64,000 nucleotides of DNA from an uncultured Fibrobacterota bacterium (GCA_963753345.1 CAVWBU010000028.1:1-64000); one strand, 5' to 3'; positions 29,118-40,402 are shown, counted from the stretch's first letter. A program made the numbers and translations. The notes: generated by a model not told the origin, from the letters alone.

Positions 29118-30545
29118 ATGATGAAACACAGGCTTTGCACTGCAGCGATTATCAGCCTTGTGTGCCTGAGCGGTTTGCTAATGGCCGCAAACGCCGAAGG
29201 GATTGACACTGCAAGCTCAACAGCATTGTCGCCGGGTCTGACCACGCTCGGCATGCGTTTCACCGGTTTTCTGTCCTCAGAATTCGGTCAACTGGACAAT
29301 CCCTACATGCTTTCACAGTCGACCGGGCATCAGGATGTCATGAGAACTTACGTAAATTTCGGCGTCGCAAAGCAGTTTGGCGACCGGTTCCAGGTTCAGG
29401 CCGCGTTCGAGGGAAAGATGTATTACAACTCGTTCAACCAAAATGAGAAAGGCGGCGTGGAAGGATTCTTCCTGCCCGCGATGTATTACTCACTTTACTT
29501 TGACCGGGCCTTTGGCAATTTCTACCTCGGTGATGCCGCATCGCCGTACCTGCAGTTCACCCTGGGATACTTTCCGTTCAAGTACAATCCGGAAGCCCGC
29601 GATCTGGGGGAATATCTTTACAGAAGCGGAGCCTACCCGGCGGTTCTCTTCAATCAATTCGATTTTGCGATGGCAAGACTTCTGGGCTTGAAGGTGAGCA
29701 GCGATCTTGGGGGCTTTTTTCACCAGGACCTTCTTCTGACTGCGTCCACCGATATGCCGCCGTTTTTCGATTTGAACCTTGGTTATATCGCAACGTTCGA
29801 TGCCGCGAAAATCTTCAACATAAGCATAGGCGGCATGTATCAAAGTCTCGTGCCTGCCGATGAAGGCGTGACGTCTCCCCATACGGAGTCTCCCGGAGCT
29901 TTTCCCGCATCCAACGGCAATGCGTACAATGTTGTGACGGACAGCACCGGAGCCGTGGTTTCTGCGGATTATTACACAGCCGCGGGCCTCAAGCTCATGG
30001 CGCGTTTTTCATTTGACCCCAAGCGTTTCTGCCAATCGTGCGACCACTTTACGTTCATAGGAAAAGAGGGATTGAAAATCTACGGCGAAGCGGCAATACT
30101 GGGCGTGCAGAGCTATCCTGCGAGCCAAGACAACCCCTACGGTTACGACACGCTCATGCACAAGATTCCGATCATGCTGGGCCTGAACCTGCCGTCGTTC
30201 GACTTCGGGAAATTCAGCATCTTCGACGTGCTTACGGGGCAGGTCGAGTACTACGGCTGCACCTACCCGAACAATTATCAATACAAGGACCAGGCCGTCT
30301 ATCAGCCGGTTCCGGTCCCGTCCGGCCAAATTCACCTGGATGCCCACAACTACGCCAGTCTTGATAACTGGAAATGGGCCGTCTATGCACAGAAAACCTT
30401 CAAGAACGGCCTTTTTATCGTGGGACAGGTCGCGTGCGACCATATCCGGAACGAATCGCCCGTCAATAATTTCTACGATTCGGAGGAAGCGTTGCGCTCC
30501 GATCGTTCCTGGTGGTGGGTGCTTAAGCTGGGATATAAATTCTGA
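29118..30545 (+). CDS. Putative outer-membrane beta-barrel protein
   Basis: AAGGAG RBS; signal peptide; GYFPFKYNPEARDLGEYLYRSGAYP motif; ends WWWVLKLGYKF. Confidence 0.75.
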   Translation: MMKHRLCTAAIISLVCLSGLLMAANAEGIDTASSTALSPGLTTLGMRFTGFLSSEFGQLDNPYMLSQSTGHQDVMRTYVNFGVAKQFGDRFQVQAAFEGKMYYNSFNQNEKGGVEGFFLPAMYYSLYFDRAFGNFYLGDAASPYLQFTLGYFPFKYNPEARDLGEYLYRSGAYPAVLFNQFDFAMARLLGLKVSSDLGGFFHQDLLLTASTDMPPFFDLNLGYIATFDAAKIFNISIGGMYQSLVPADEGVTSPHTESPGAFPASNGNAYNVVTDSTGAVVSADYYTAAGLKLMARFSFDPKRFCQSCDHFTFIGKEGLKIYGEAAILGVQSYPASQDNPYGYDTLMHKIPIMLGLNLPSFDFGKFSIFDVLTGQVEYYGCTYPNNYQYKDQAVYQPVPVPSGQIHLDAHNYASLDNWKWAVYAQKTFKNGLFIVGQVACDHIRNESPVNNFYDSEEALRSDRSWWWVLKLGYKF

Positions 30546-30714
30546 CAAGACCCGGGAACCAGTCCCCTGCCGGACAGGCGCAACGAAGCCTTGTCCGGCA
30601 GCAGCGGCTATTTGTTTTATCATGTTGCGCGATTGTCAAGCAGCCATCCGGAAATTGCAACCAACGCATCCTCTGCGGAAAACCCCGATGACGGAAGAAA
30701 ATAAGGGCGGGTGA

Positions 30715-31272
30715 ATGTCAAGCCATCGCACGGCATCCGTCATTGCGCTCTGGGCGGGCATTGTCGCGCTCACGCTGGGCATCGGCTTCATCGATTACGT
30801 CACCGGCTACGAGTTCAATTTCTTTGTTTTCTATTTTCTTCCCATCAGCATGGCGGCATGGTTTCTCGGAATAGTGCCTGCCGTGGCCATGTCGCTGGTT
30901 TCGGTCACCATCTGGTATCTTGCCGACTATTACACCGGCCACCGGTATTCAACCTACCTGTTTGCGATCTGGAACACGATAATACTTCTCGTGTCATTTC
31001 TTGCCATAGGCTGGACCATGGCGCGGTTGCGCGAACTGCTTCAAAGGGAACGGCAAGTCCGGCAGAAACTGGAGCAGACCATTTCGGAGGTGAAAGTGCT
31101 GGAAGGCATTCTCCCCATTTGCGCCAGCTGCAAAAAGATCAGAAACGACAAAGGAGAATGGCAGCAGATCGAACAATATATCAGACAGAAAACCAACGCC
31201 GAATTCACTCACGGCCTGTGCCCGCAATGCGGGCAGAAGCTCCTGCGCGATGCCGGTATCGGCGGCAACTGA
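30715..31272 (+). CDS. Membrane sensor (DUF4118-like) with C-terminal Cys-rich domain
   Basis: Four TM segments, a coiled coil, then LPICASCKKIR..EFTHGLCPQC. Confidence 0.8.
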   Translation: MSSHRTASVIALWAGIVALTLGIGFIDYVTGYEFNFFVFYFLPISMAAWFLGIVPAVAMSLVSVTIWYLADYYTGHRYSTYLFAIWNTIILLVSFLAIGWTMARLRELLQRERQVRQKLEQTISEVKVLEGILPICASCKKIRNDKGEWQQIEQYIRQKTNAEFTHGLCPQCGQKLLRDAGIGGN

Positions 31273-31331
31273 CGGGAAGCTTGGTTTTTTGCAACGCGGG
31301 TTGTCCCGCATAATCCGAGGAGGCATGCTTT

Positions 31332-32351
31332 ATGACGCACATCAAATCGCTCTGTCGTGTTTCGGTCCTGTCCGCGGCGATGTTTTTGGCACTGGCCTGC
31401 GTCTGGCAATCAACGGCCGGCGCAACGGCGAACCGCCATCATGCTTCGCACGCGGTGCAGCCGCGCTCATTGGAAATGCAAGGCGCAAAGGATGCGAGCC
31501 AGCCCGGCCAGAAAACCATTGACCAGGATCTCGACACCCTTTTCGCAAGGACAAAAACCACGTTCGACAAAATGGCAACTTCCGCGGTTCTAAAGTTCCC
31601 CAAGCCAAAGCCGGTGAACGCCCTTTTCTGGAAGACGCTCAAGGCCCACCAGCCATGGCATTCGCTGCTCCGGACCGACAAGAAGGGTGCGGTTGTCAAT
31701 GAGGTGATCAGAATCGAGGGCGAGTCGAAGGAGAAGCGCTCGGTGGCCGGCGAGGTATGGTTCGCGCAGGTTTCAAAGACCATGAAAGAGCATTTGAGCA
31801 TCGTCAAGAACGAGAAGACCGGCAGATACTACCTGATCTGGGCCGCGCCCATCGTTGCGAAGGTAAAGGGATCGGAAACGTTCCAGGGCGCGGTGGCGGC
31901 GCAAATCGACCTGTGGGACTGTTTCGACCGGTATTCCGACAAATCAACGACGCCGTTCAAGATCCACATCCTGGACCGCGTGGTCCTATTCGAGCACCTG
32001 TGGAGGGACACCATCAAGTACGCCGAGAAGCACCTTATTGTTCCCGGAATCGACAAGATCACGGTGCGGTATCCCAGGATGGAGAACGAGGCGGCCGCCG
32101 TGGGCGCTGCCGATTCCGTGGCGCTCGAGTATGCGCGGCTGGATTCGATACGGATCAAGGCTGCAGGCGATTCGGCCGCCAAGGCGGCTTTGGTAAAAAA
32201 GGCCAGGTCGCATAGGGCCGCCATCATAACGATAGCGGCAATAATCGGGTTGCTGGTCCTCCTCGTGGTGGTGGTCCTGTACGCAAGAAGCCGCAGGCGG
32301 CCGGAAAAAACCGGCACGGATCAAGGCAGAGACCGTTTCGGCAATCTTTGA
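31332..32351 (+). CDS. Exported Cache/PDC-like domain protein with C-terminal membrane anchor
   Basis: GGAGG RBS; signal peptide; EVWFAQV..TGRYYLIWAAPI..GAVAAQIDL; C-terminal TM. Confidence 0.65.
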   Translation: MTHIKSLCRVSVLSAAMFLALACVWQSTAGATANRHHASHAVQPRSLEMQGAKDASQPGQKTIDQDLDTLFARTKTTFDKMATSAVLKFPKPKPVNALFWKTLKAHQPWHSLLRTDKKGAVVNEVIRIEGESKEKRSVAGEVWFAQVSKTMKEHLSIVKNEKTGRYYLIWAAPIVAKVKGSETFQGAVAAQIDLWDCFDRYSDKSTTPFKIHILDRVVLFEHLWRDTIKYAEKHLIVPGIDKITVRYPRMENEAAAVGAADSVALEYARLDSIRIKAAGDSAAKAALVKKARSHRAAIITIAAIIGLLVLLVVVVLYARSRRRPEKTGTDQGRDRFGNL

Positions 32352-32421
32352 CCTTGGCTGAGAAGAAGACAAGATACGAGAAGAGTTGGGCGTTCCGCAG
32401 CGTTATAAGAGAATAATGGAG

Positions 32422-32607
32422 TTGGGCGTTCCCCTCGCGGGGCTCGGGTCGGCCGTCCTTACGGTCTCGGCCTTCGGCCTCGGGCTGCCTGCCACAAGGG
32501 CCTGCGGGCCGTGGTCAGGCAGCACCGCGCTCCAGCGCGGCCTCCAGTCCTGCCTAACGCGCGGCAGAAGAGATATATTCAGTCAAGTGGATTCTCTTAC
32601 GCCAGAC
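32422..32607. repeat. Family C multi-stem structured element, copy 1
   Basis: Colinear motifs and compensatory stems shared with 53276-53460. Confidence 0.75.
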
Positions 32608-32696
32608 TGAATTCTCAAGGAGAAAACAACGGCTTCTCTTTGAACTTCTCAACTCCTAAACTCCTCAACTTTTCAACACTTTTTCTTTTCAACTGC

Positions 32697-32824
32697 TCTC
32701 CTTGGGTGCCCCCACACAGGTGCTTGACTCTTGCAACTGTCTCCACAAGGGGTGCACCCTGGAGGGGGTAGCGGAGGACCGCTGAAGGCGGGCCGGTGCG
32801 AGGGGGGGCCTTCCCCCGCCAGAC
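32697..32824. repeat. Family B structured repeat, copy 2
   Basis: CTCCTTGGGTGCCCCC..GGGGTGCACCCTGGAGGGGG..TTCCCCC. Confidence 0.8.
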
Positions 32825-32859
32825 ATCTGTTTGTATTTGTATTTAGTATTTGTCAACCG

Positions 32860-35800
32860 TCAACTGTCAACTTCTTCTACCCCCCCCCCCCCCCCGTCCA
32901 GCACTCCCCTCACCGCCTGCAAAAGGTCGCGCACGGCATACGGCTTGTGCAAAAAACGGAAGTTGTTCTCCTTGATAAAATCCCAATGCGCCTTTTCGTC
33001 AGTGTAGCCGCTCGTGATGAGCACCTTGAATTTCCCGCGTTTGAGCAGATCCTGCACCATCAGGATGCCGGACCTGTCGGGGAGAACGACATCGCTGAAC
33101 ACCAGGTCGAACTTGCCGTTTTCCCTTTCGAACAGCTCCATCGCCTCTTTCGCGTTCGAAACCGCAAACACGGAATATCCGTTTGTCAATAGCAATTCCT
33201 TCGCGATCGCGCGCACCTCGGCCTGGTCCTCAACGATCATGACCCGCTCGCCTTTTCCTTCCAGGGAAGCAGCGCCGGCCTTCTCTTTGCTTTGCTGTTC
33301 GGGACTCGCTGACGAAGCCGGAAAATAGGCGCTGAACGTGGTCCCGTGCCCGGGTTCGCTGTAAACGTCTATCCAGCCCTTGTGCTGCTGGACAATGCCG
33401 AACACCACCGACAATCCGAGCCCTGTTCCCTTGCCTGCCGGCTTGGTGGTGAAAAACGGCTCGAAAATGTGCTGCTGCGTCAGTTCATCCATGCCGGTGC
33501 CGGTGTCCGACACCGAGATGCGGACAAAGCGTCCGGGGCGGGCCGTCTTGCTCGTTCGGCAATACTCTTCGTCAATGGTCACGTTCTCGGTCTTCATGAA
33601 TATTTTTCCGCCTTCCGGCATTGCGTCCCTTGCGTTCACCGCCAGGTTCATAAGCATCTGCTCGATGTTCCCCTCGTCGCCGAGAATGGTCCAGACGCCC
33701 TTTTCCAGGCCGGTCTCAATCACAATGTCCTCACCGATAAGCCTGTCGAGCATTTTGAGCAGGCGGGTGATGGCGGCGTTGACGTCCATGGGCATCGGCT
33801 CCATGTGCTGTTTCCTGCTGAAAAGAAGGAGCTGGCGCACCACGCCCGCTGCCTTGTCCGCCGCAACGCTCACCTGTCTCAGATCCCTTTGCACCGGATC
33901 GGATTCGTCTATTTTCCCAATGGCAAGGGTCGTGTAGCCGGAAATGGCGCAGAGAAGATTGTTAAAGTCGTGCGCTACGCCGCCGGCCAATGTGCCCATG
34001 GCCTCCATTTTCTGGGCCTGGAGAAGCTGGATCTGTAGGTTTTCCCTTTCCTTTTCATGCTGTTTGCGCTCGGACACGTCGCGGAAAATCCCCAGCATAT
34101 AGTCGCGGCCGTTCATTTGTACCCGTGCGGCCCTGATTTCCACCGGCGTCAATGCGCCGGATTTGGAAATGATCTGGTCGTCGACCGTGATACCCGGATC
34201 GTCTGTCTTATGCTTAACAAAGGCCGCCGATTGACCGTTGAGAAGATTTTGGGCCGGATGAATAACCGACTGCATCTGCCCCACCAGTTCCGTTTTGTCC
34301 ATGCCGACCATGCGGCACAATGCCTGGTTGCATTCCACTATTTTTCCCGTTTCGGAATCGGCAAGCGCAATGCCGTCCTTGGCGTCGTCGAAGAGCGTGC
34401 GGTAACGCTCTTCGCTTTCTTGCAATGCCTTCTCCGATTGCTTGCGTTCGGTGATGTCATGTACATTTTCTACAACCATGGTGACATTGTTATTATTGTC
34501 AAATATTGGATAAGCGCTTACTTCCTTGAACAGCTTGGTATATTCGTTGTAATATTCGACAACAACAGGTTTCCCCGAGTTAAAGACACCAAAGGGCTCG
34601 CATGGTTCACAGGGCGAGTCTCGATGAATGAATGCCTCAAAGCAATGAGAACCTATGGGGAATTCGGTACAGCCGGCATAGAGAGGAGATTTCCAATTGG
34701 ACTTTAGAATTCTTAGATTTCTGTCAACGACAGCAATGAGATCCTCAGAGGAGCTAAATACACTCTCGAGTAACTTGTTAGTATTCTGCAGTTCCTCCTC
34801 GCTCTTTTTGCGTTCGGTGATGTCGCGCTCGAGCGAAACTGCAAAAGTCTTTGAACCGACTTGCATTTCCGTGGCCGAGCACTCGAAATCCCGGACCGTA
34901 CCGTCCTTGCATCGGTGTTTTGTCTCGAATACTTTCCCTAGTCGTGAAAGGATATTTTGCCGCATCTCATTGATCGTTTGGGAACCATCGAACGCCACAT
35001 TTATGAAAGAAACCGGCTGGCCTATCAGCTCGTCTCGCGCGTATCCGAGGAGCCTCAAGGCCGCGTTGTTCGCATCCCGGATCACGGGCATGCCTTTCGG
35101 CGCAATCTCCAGTTGAAGTATGATGTCCGCTGCCTGCTCGAAGAGGATTCGATACCTCGCCTCGCTCTGGCGCAATGCCTTTTCCGCGAGTTTGCGTTGT
35201 GACAACCATTCGGTGATATCGCGGATGTTGCACTGGATCACTTTCTTTCGGCCCACAACATAGACATTGCTCACGAACTCCACGTCGATGCGCCGCCCGT
35301 CGGCGGTTTCCAGGGGCAGATCTACGTAACGGATGTATTCCTTTCGCTGCAATTCCAGGAAATTTTCTTTGTTGGCAATTATGTCCTTGAAGAGCCCCAG
35401 GTCCCATATTGTTTTTCCCATGAACTGTTCATGTGAATAACCCAGCAGTTTAATGAGAAATGGATTTACGTCTACAACCATCCCCGTCTCGGAATCAAGG
35501 ATCAGAATTCCATCTTTCGCCGATTCGAAGAGCCGACGGTACCGGGCTTCCGAAATGCTTAAAGCCTCAGTCGTCAGTTTGCGCTGGATTTCCGCCTCGG
35601 CAAGCTTTTTCCTGTTCTCTATTTCCTCGCACGCGTGCTTCACCTTGACGGGCAATATTTCGTGAAACTGAATGGACTTGGCGACATATTCCACGGCCCC
35701 GAGCTTCATCATCTCAACGGCGATCATCTCGTCGCCGTGACCCGTGATGATCATAAACGGGATTTCGAGGCCGCGGCCGCGCACCTTCTCCACGAACTCC

Positions 35801-36012
35801 CTTGCCGTCATGTCGGGCAGGGAATAATCGAGCAGCAGCAGCACATTGTCGGTATTTGACAATGCCGACACACGTTCCAGCGCTGTGGCGCCCGTAAAGA
35901 ACCCCTCGGATTTCATTCCTGCCCCGTCAAGCAATCTGCGGATTGACTTGTTGAGCAGCTCGTCGTCTTCGACGACAAGAATGGTGGTGGCGGATTTTGT
36001 GTTTTTGTTCAT
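32860..36012 (-). CDS. Hybrid histidine kinase REC-PAS(x4)-HisKA-HATPase-REC
   Basis: LVVEDDE; multiple DITERK PAC ends; [33 protein letters not shown]-terminal SDVVLP receiver. Confidence 0.95.
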   Translation of the reverse strand: MNKNTKSATTILVVEDDELLNKSIRRLLDGAGMKSEGFFTGATALERVSALSNTDNVLLLLDYSLPDMTAREFVEKVRGRGLEIPFMIITGHGDEMIAVEMMKLGAVEYVAKSIQFHEILPVKVKHACEEIENRKKLAEAEIQRKLTTEALSISEARYRRLFESAKDGILILDSETGMVVDVNPFLIKLLGYSHEQFMGKTIWDLGLFKDIIANKENFLELQRKEYIRYVDLPLETADGRRIDVEFVSNVYVVGRKKVIQCNIRDITEWLSQRKLAEKALRQSEARYRILFEQAADIILQLEIAPKGMPVIRDANNAALRLLGYARDELIGQPVSFINVAFDGSQTINEMRQNILSRLGKVFETKHRCKDGTVRDFECSATEMQVGSKTFAVSLERDITERKKSEEELQNTNKLLESVFSSSEDLIAVVDRNLRILKSNWKSPLYAGCTEFPIGSHCFEAFIHRDSPCEPCEPFGVFNSGKPVVVEYYNEYTKLFKEVSAYPIFDNNNNVTMVVENVHDITERKQSEKALQESEERYRTLFDDAKDGIALADSETGKIVECNQALCRMVGMDKTELVGQMQSVIHPAQNLLNGQSAAFVKHKTDDPGITVDDQIISKSGALTPVEIRAARVQMNGRDYMLGIFRDVSERKQHEKERENLQIQLLQAQKMEAMGTLAGGVAHDFNNLLCAISGYTTLAIGKIDESDPVQRDLRQVSVAADKAAGVVRQLLLFSRKQHMEPMPMDVNAAITRLLKMLDRLIGEDIVIETGLEKGVWTILGDEGNIEQMLMNLAVNARDAMPEGGKIFMKTENVTIDEEYCRTSKTARPGRFVRISVSDTGTGMDELTQQHIFEPFFTTKPAGKGTGLGLSVVFGIVQQHKGWIDVYSEPGHGTTFSAYFPASSASPEQQSKEKAGAASLEGKGERVMIVEDQAEVRAIAKELLLTNGYSVFAVSNAKEAMELFERENGKFDLVFSDVVLPDRSGILMVQDLLKRGKFKVLITSGYTDEKAHWDFIKENNFRFLHKPYAVRDLLQAVRGVLDGGGGGVEEVDS

Positions 36013-36025
36013 GGGTCGGCCTTTG

Positions 36026-36484
36026 TTAATGCGTTCCGTTTTTGTTCCCGTTTATCGTCGGCACTTCCACCACCAGAAGGAACAGCCCCAGCTTGCGCAC
36101 CGCATCAATGAACTTGTCGTATTCGATGGGCTTGGTGACGTAATTGCTGCACCCGAGTTCATGGCACTTGTCAACCTCTCGCGGATCGTCGGTGGTGGTG
36201 ATCATTATCACCGGCAGCTTTTTGAGCTCTTTATCATCCTTTACCCGGCGCAGCACCTCGATGCCGTCAACCTTGGGCATGCGTATGTCGAGCAGCAGAA
36301 GGTAGCCGGTGTCGCGCTTCCGATGCGGCCCCTTGCCATTTTCAAACAGGAAATCCAGGGTTTCCTGGCCGTCCTTGAACCGGATAATTTCGTTGAGCAG
36401 GCCCGCGCGCCGCAGGTTGCGGTCTATGAGCGTGGCGTGGCCGTCGTCGTCTTCCGCGATAAGGATGATGACTTCTTTTTTCAT
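36026..36484 (-). CDS. Single-domain response regulator
   Basis: IAEDDDGH, LLDIRMPKVDG, ITTT, YVTKP. Confidence 0.95.
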   Translation of the reverse strand: MKKEVIILIAEDDDGHATLIDRNLRRAGLLNEIIRFKDGQETLDFLFENGKGPHRKRDTGYLLLLDIRMPKVDGIEVLRRVKDDKELKKLPVIMITTTDDPREVDKCHELGCSNYVTKPIEYDKFIDAVRKLGLFLLVVEVPTINGNKNGTH

Positions 36485-36539
36485 GGGAATCCTTTCGGAA
36501 ATTGATTAAGAATGCCTGTTTGTTTTCTTTTTATCTTCT

Positions 36540-36670
36540 AACCTCACCCCGGCCTTCGGCCACCCCTCTCCCACAGGGAGAGGGGAATTCATGCTTGTTT
36601 TTCTTTCGCCCCTCTCCCCGGGGGCGACCCTTGGAAGTGCCCGAAGGGGCAAGAGGGGCCGGGGGTGAGG
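36540..36670. repeat. Inverted CCTCACCCC..CCCTCTCC..GGAGAGGG REP-like pair
   Basis: CCTCACCCCGGCC..CCCCTCTCCCACAGGGAGAGGGG and its inverted counterpart ending GGGGGTGAGG. Confidence 0.8.
36625..36651. mobile_element. 27-nt insertion module, copy 3
   Basis: CGACCCTTGGAAGTGCCCGAAGGGGCA; removing it restores CCCCTCTCCC-CGG-GGGAGAGGGG. Confidence 0.7.
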
Positions 36671-39600
36671 TTACCTTCCCGGCAGCTCCACATAAAACCT
36701 GCTTCCCTTGCCCGGTTCCGATTCCAGCCGCACGTTGCCGCTGAGCCTTGCGACAATTTTCTTGACAATTGCAAGCCCCAGCCCTTCGCCTTCGCACGCC
36801 TTCGGGTCGAGCCGGTGAAATATTTCGAAGACCTTTGACTGATGCTCAGGCGAAATGCCAACGCCGTTGTCTTCGATGCAGTATTCGGAAATGCCTCTTT
36901 GGGTTTTGCCCGAAATCCGGACAACGGCCGGACGGTCCGGCGCCGCATATTTGAGCGCATTGTCAATGAGGTTTGTAAAGACCTGGTTCAATTGGTCGGG
37001 ATCGCCGATGCACGGCGGCAGCGGTTCCGTCTCCACCGTGGCTTTGTTTTGTTGAATTTGGAACTCCATAGCTTTCAGGACGTGCGACAGCAGGCTGTTC
37101 ATGTCGAGCTTCTGAAAATTGACCGCGACCCGGCCGAGCCGGGAAAGCTTGAGCAGGCCCTTGAGAAGAGAGTCCATTTTGACAACGCTCGCCAGAACGT
37201 AATTCTGGTCCTGGGGAAACTCCCGGATCATGATCTCGTCGAGTCTTGCGCGCTGCTTGGCGGGAAAATCGGCATGCGACGTAATCTCCGCAACTTCGTC
37301 GGCAAGAAGCCCCATTTCCCTGCTGAAGCCCTGCACGTTCACCAGCGGCGACCGCAGGTCGTGCGAGGCGATATAGACAAGCTGCTCGAGTTCGGTGTTT
37401 TTCTGGAGAAGTTCGTTGTTCAGAAGGTTTATCTGTTCTTCGGCCAGTTTGCGCTCGGTGATGTCCTCAATAGTGTCGTCGAAAAATATCCCGCCGTCTG
37501 CGTCGATTTTTTTTACTGCATGTATGCGGCACCAGATCAGCTTTCCCTTGAGGGTTTTGAACTTGACTTCATCATCAACAAAACCCTTTGCCACAATGGC
37601 ATCGCTTACGATCTTGCGCTGGCTTTCGTCCCAATAGATTTCGCTCGGATGAAGAGCCATCAACTGTTCACGGCTGTCGGCTTCGAACATTTTAACCATG
37701 GCCGGATTCACATCGATAAAAGCCCCTTGGGGGCCCGGCGTGGTTCGAAGAAGACCAATGGCGACGTTGTCATAAAGCTCCCGGTAAAGCCGCTGCGCTT
37801 CAGCCAGCTCCTTCTCGCTTTTTTTGCGCTCGGTGATGTCCTGGATTATGGCAAGGAAGTACATCAAGCTGCCCTGGCTGTTCCTCACGACGTTGATGCA
37901 GACATCGCCCCAGACAACCTTGCCATCCTTGCGCACATATCTTTTCTGCACCATGGAGCTCTTCTTCTCACCCGTTGCAATGGCCCGCATGTCGGCCATG
38001 CCTATGTCAACGTCCTCCGGAAAGGTGACGTCGGCGATGGTCTTCTGCTTGATCTCATCCTCGCCAAAGCCCAGAAAATCGCAGAACGCCCTGTTGCAAC
38101 CAAGGAACCGTTTGTCCATACCGACCGTGGCGATGCTCACGGGCGCCTGATCGATGGTGAGCTGCAGTTTCTCCCTGCTCTCCTCAAGCTTCTCCTGCGT
38201 CTGCTTGCGCTCGGTGATGTCGCCCACAATGTGAACATATCCCGAAACGCGGCCGTTGCCGTCAAGGATGGGATCGACATACACCGCAAACCAGCGGTCG
38301 CCCATTTCCAGTTCCATGGACTCCCGGTGAAGGCTGTTTCTCGCGCGCAGCACCGGACACTCGGGAATCGCGTCGGCCGTACCGTGCACTATTTCCCAGC
38401 AATGCTTGCCAATCATTTTTTCGCGGGAAAGATTGAATATCTTCTCGGCCATTTTGTTGGAGCGGACTATCTTCTGGTCTTTGTCAAGGAGCCAGATCGC
38501 GTCCAGGTCGGCATCAAAGGTCTTCTGCCATTCATTGCCCACACGTGCCAGCGATTCTTCCATTTCCTTCTGCTGGGTGATGTCGATAACGGAGGTAATG
38601 AAGTAGAGCGCGTTGCCCTTTTCGTCCCTCTGCAGCGCCGTGCCAACATCGGTCCAGACAACGTCGCCGTTTTTCTTTATGTATCTCTTTGTGAACCGGG
38701 CCGCCTTTATACGGCCTGACAATACCTCGTCGATATTCTTCTGCGTCAATTCGGCATCGTCCGGATGGGTTATCTGCTGCCATTTTTTGTTTGCAAGTTC
38801 CTCCTTGGTGTATCCCAGCATGTCGCAGAACGCAGCGTTGACATTCACATGGCCGTCGGGCAGGGTGATGGATTTTCCAACATTCGAGTTGTCGAACACG
38901 TTGCGGAATTTCTCCTCGCTTTCCTTCAACCCCGTTTCGGCCAGATATTGTTTTCTGAAGATTCTCCGCTCGCGCATCATCCACCACATCACCAGCAGGG
39001 ACCCGGCGGCAATAATAACAAGACCCGCTCCAATCATTATGGCCCTCGCGGCGGCCCGGAGCGGTGCAAGCACTTCCTCTTTGTCCACCTTCGCAATAAT
39101 ATACCACGGCGAGTCGGGAATGCGCCTGCCGACCGCAAATACCTTTGCGCCGTGGTAATCCGTGCCTTCCATCAGCCCTTCCCTGCCGCGGGCGAACTGC
39201 GCCGCAGGAAGGTCCTCGGTTCCAACAGGAAACCGGAGATTCAAGGCAGCGCCTTGCCGGAACTTCAGATCGTTCAGAAACACGATTTTGTTGCCGTCCT
39301 GCCTGAACAGAAGGGTCTCCGAAGTTTTGCTCGGAACGGGCCAGGTGCTGATAAGCGGGTATAAAAATTGTTCCGGCGCGCACCGCAGGACCACGACCCC
39401 GGCAACGGCGGCCGCGGTATCGGGCCCGAGCAGGGGCGCAAGCAGGTCGAGCCGAGTGCGGCTGCAGCCAGGGCACCGGTAAAAATCCACAAACCTCATT
39501 TTTCTTTCGGCAACCACCTGTTTGATGGCGCCCGTGTCGAGATACAGCGGCAAGTTCGCCGTGTCGCCCATTTTGTCAATCATCCGGCCTTCAGGGTCGG

Positions 39601-39943
39601 TAACGATCAGCGATTGATACGCGTATTCCTTTTTGCCGGTGGTGAGTATGGGGCCGATCCTGCGCAGGCAGTTGCGGAGCGTTTCTTTTCCGCCGCTGCC
39701 ATTAAAAAGCAGGCCGCCCCGGGAAAGCACCTCGGCGTCGCCGAGCCGTTCCCGCCTCCAGGCGGCAATCTGTTCCATCTTGAGGTTTGCAATGGCGGAA
39801 AGCTCATCCTTGACTTTTGCTACAAAGCGCATTTCCTCAAACTGGTAATACTGCCAGGCCCCAATGACAATTGCCGCCAGCAGCACGGCAAATAGGCCTG
39901 CCGCAAGATATGGAAACCGGGGATTGATCCGTTTCTTTTCCAT
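36671..39943 (-). CDS. Membrane-bound Cache/multi-PAS sensor histidine kinase
   Basis: Two TMs around a periplasmic domain; four PAS/PAC; ASHDLRSPL; NLIDNALKY; DNGVGI; GEGLGL. Confidence 0.95.
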   Translation of the reverse strand: MEKKRINPRFPYLAAGLFAVLLAAIVIGAWQYYQFEEMRFVAKVKDELSAIANLKMEQIAAWRRERLGDAEVLSRGGLLFNGSGGKETLRNCLRRIGPILTTGKKEYAYQSLIVTDPEGRMIDKMGDTANLPLYLDTGAIKQVVAERKMRFVDFYRCPGCSRTRLDLLAPLLGPDTAAAVAGVVVLRCAPEQFLYPLISTWPVPSKTSETLLFRQDGNKIVFLNDLKFRQGAALNLRFPVGTEDLPAAQFARGREGLMEGTDYHGAKVFAVGRRIPDSPWYIIAKVDKEEVLAPLRAAARAIMIGAGLVIIAAGSLLVMWWMMRERRIFRKQYLAETGLKESEEKFRNVFDNSNVGKSITLPDGHVNVNAAFCDMLGYTKEELANKKWQQITHPDDAELTQKNIDEVLSGRIKAARFTKRYIKKNGDVVWTDVGTALQRDEKGNALYFITSVIDITQQKEMEESLARVGNEWQKTFDADLDAIWLLDKDQKIVRSNKMAEKIFNLSREKMIGKHCWEIVHGTADAIPECPVLRARNSLHRESMELEMGDRWFAVYVDPILDGNGRVSGYVHIVGDITERKQTQEKLEESREKLQLTIDQAPVSIATVGMDKRFLGCNRAFCDFLGFGEDEIKQKTIADVTFPEDVDIGMADMRAIATGEKKSSMVQKRYVRKDGKVVWGDVCINVVRNSQGSLMYFLAIIQDITERKKSEKELAEAQRLYRELYDNVAIGLLRTTPGPQGAFIDVNPAMVKMFEADSREQLMALHPSEIYWDESQRKIVSDAIVAKGFVDDEVKFKTLKGKLIWCRIHAVKKIDADGGIFFDDTIEDITERKLAEEQINLLNNELLQKNTELEQLVYIASHDLRSPLVNVQGFSREMGLLADEVAEITSHADFPAKQRARLDEIMIREFPQDQNYVLASVVKMDSLLKGLLKLSRLGRVAVNFQKLDMNSLLSHVLKAMEFQIQQNKATVETEPLPPCIGDPDQLNQVFTNLIDNALKYAAPDRPAVVRISGKTQRGISEYCIEDNGVGISPEHQSKVFEIFHRLDPKACEGEGLGLAIVKKIVARLSGNVRLESEPGKGSRFYVELPGR

Positions 39944-40402
39944 GCAGAAAAACCCCAGCGCGGGGAAAAGACTTTTCGGAAGCGGAAATCTTCGGGAAGA
40001 ATCGGCCCCTTGGGCCCGTCAACCGGGGATGCTGGAGGGTATTGACAAACTCAATCGCTACAAGCAAGCGGCCAAGGTGGCATGTGTAAGTATAGCACCG
40101 CGCGCGTGGGAATACAAGGTAATAAGGTAATACGGAGATATTTTCAGATACGGCGGCGGGGAAGCTTTACGTGCAGGATTACACCGTTTCCGTCAGAAAA
40201 AAGAAACATTCCTTGTTCCTATCCCATCGCCCATGCTGCGGGCATGGCGCCTATGGTGCCGCCGAACAGACGGACGGCGGGATCAGGGGGACAAAGCCCT
40301 TTGCAAGCCTTAAAAACAAACAACCATCAGTTTAATCGCTTGGGCCACCTCTCGTTTATTATTTTTCCAAATGATTAACAGCCTGTCAAAGGAGTCGAAA
40401 AT

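Noticed and set aside
32383-32432. 14-bp direct repeat GAGTTGGGCGTTCC as a target-site duplication
   Set aside because: Both copies lie on the same side of the family C element, so a local duplication of its end is more likely
32880-32894. Poly-C tract as a phase-variation switch in the hybrid kinase
   Set aside because: It lies in the last few codons, so slippage would change only the extreme C-terminus
36842-38719. 625-aa plus-strand ORF
   Set aside because: Antisense shadow of the histidine kinase
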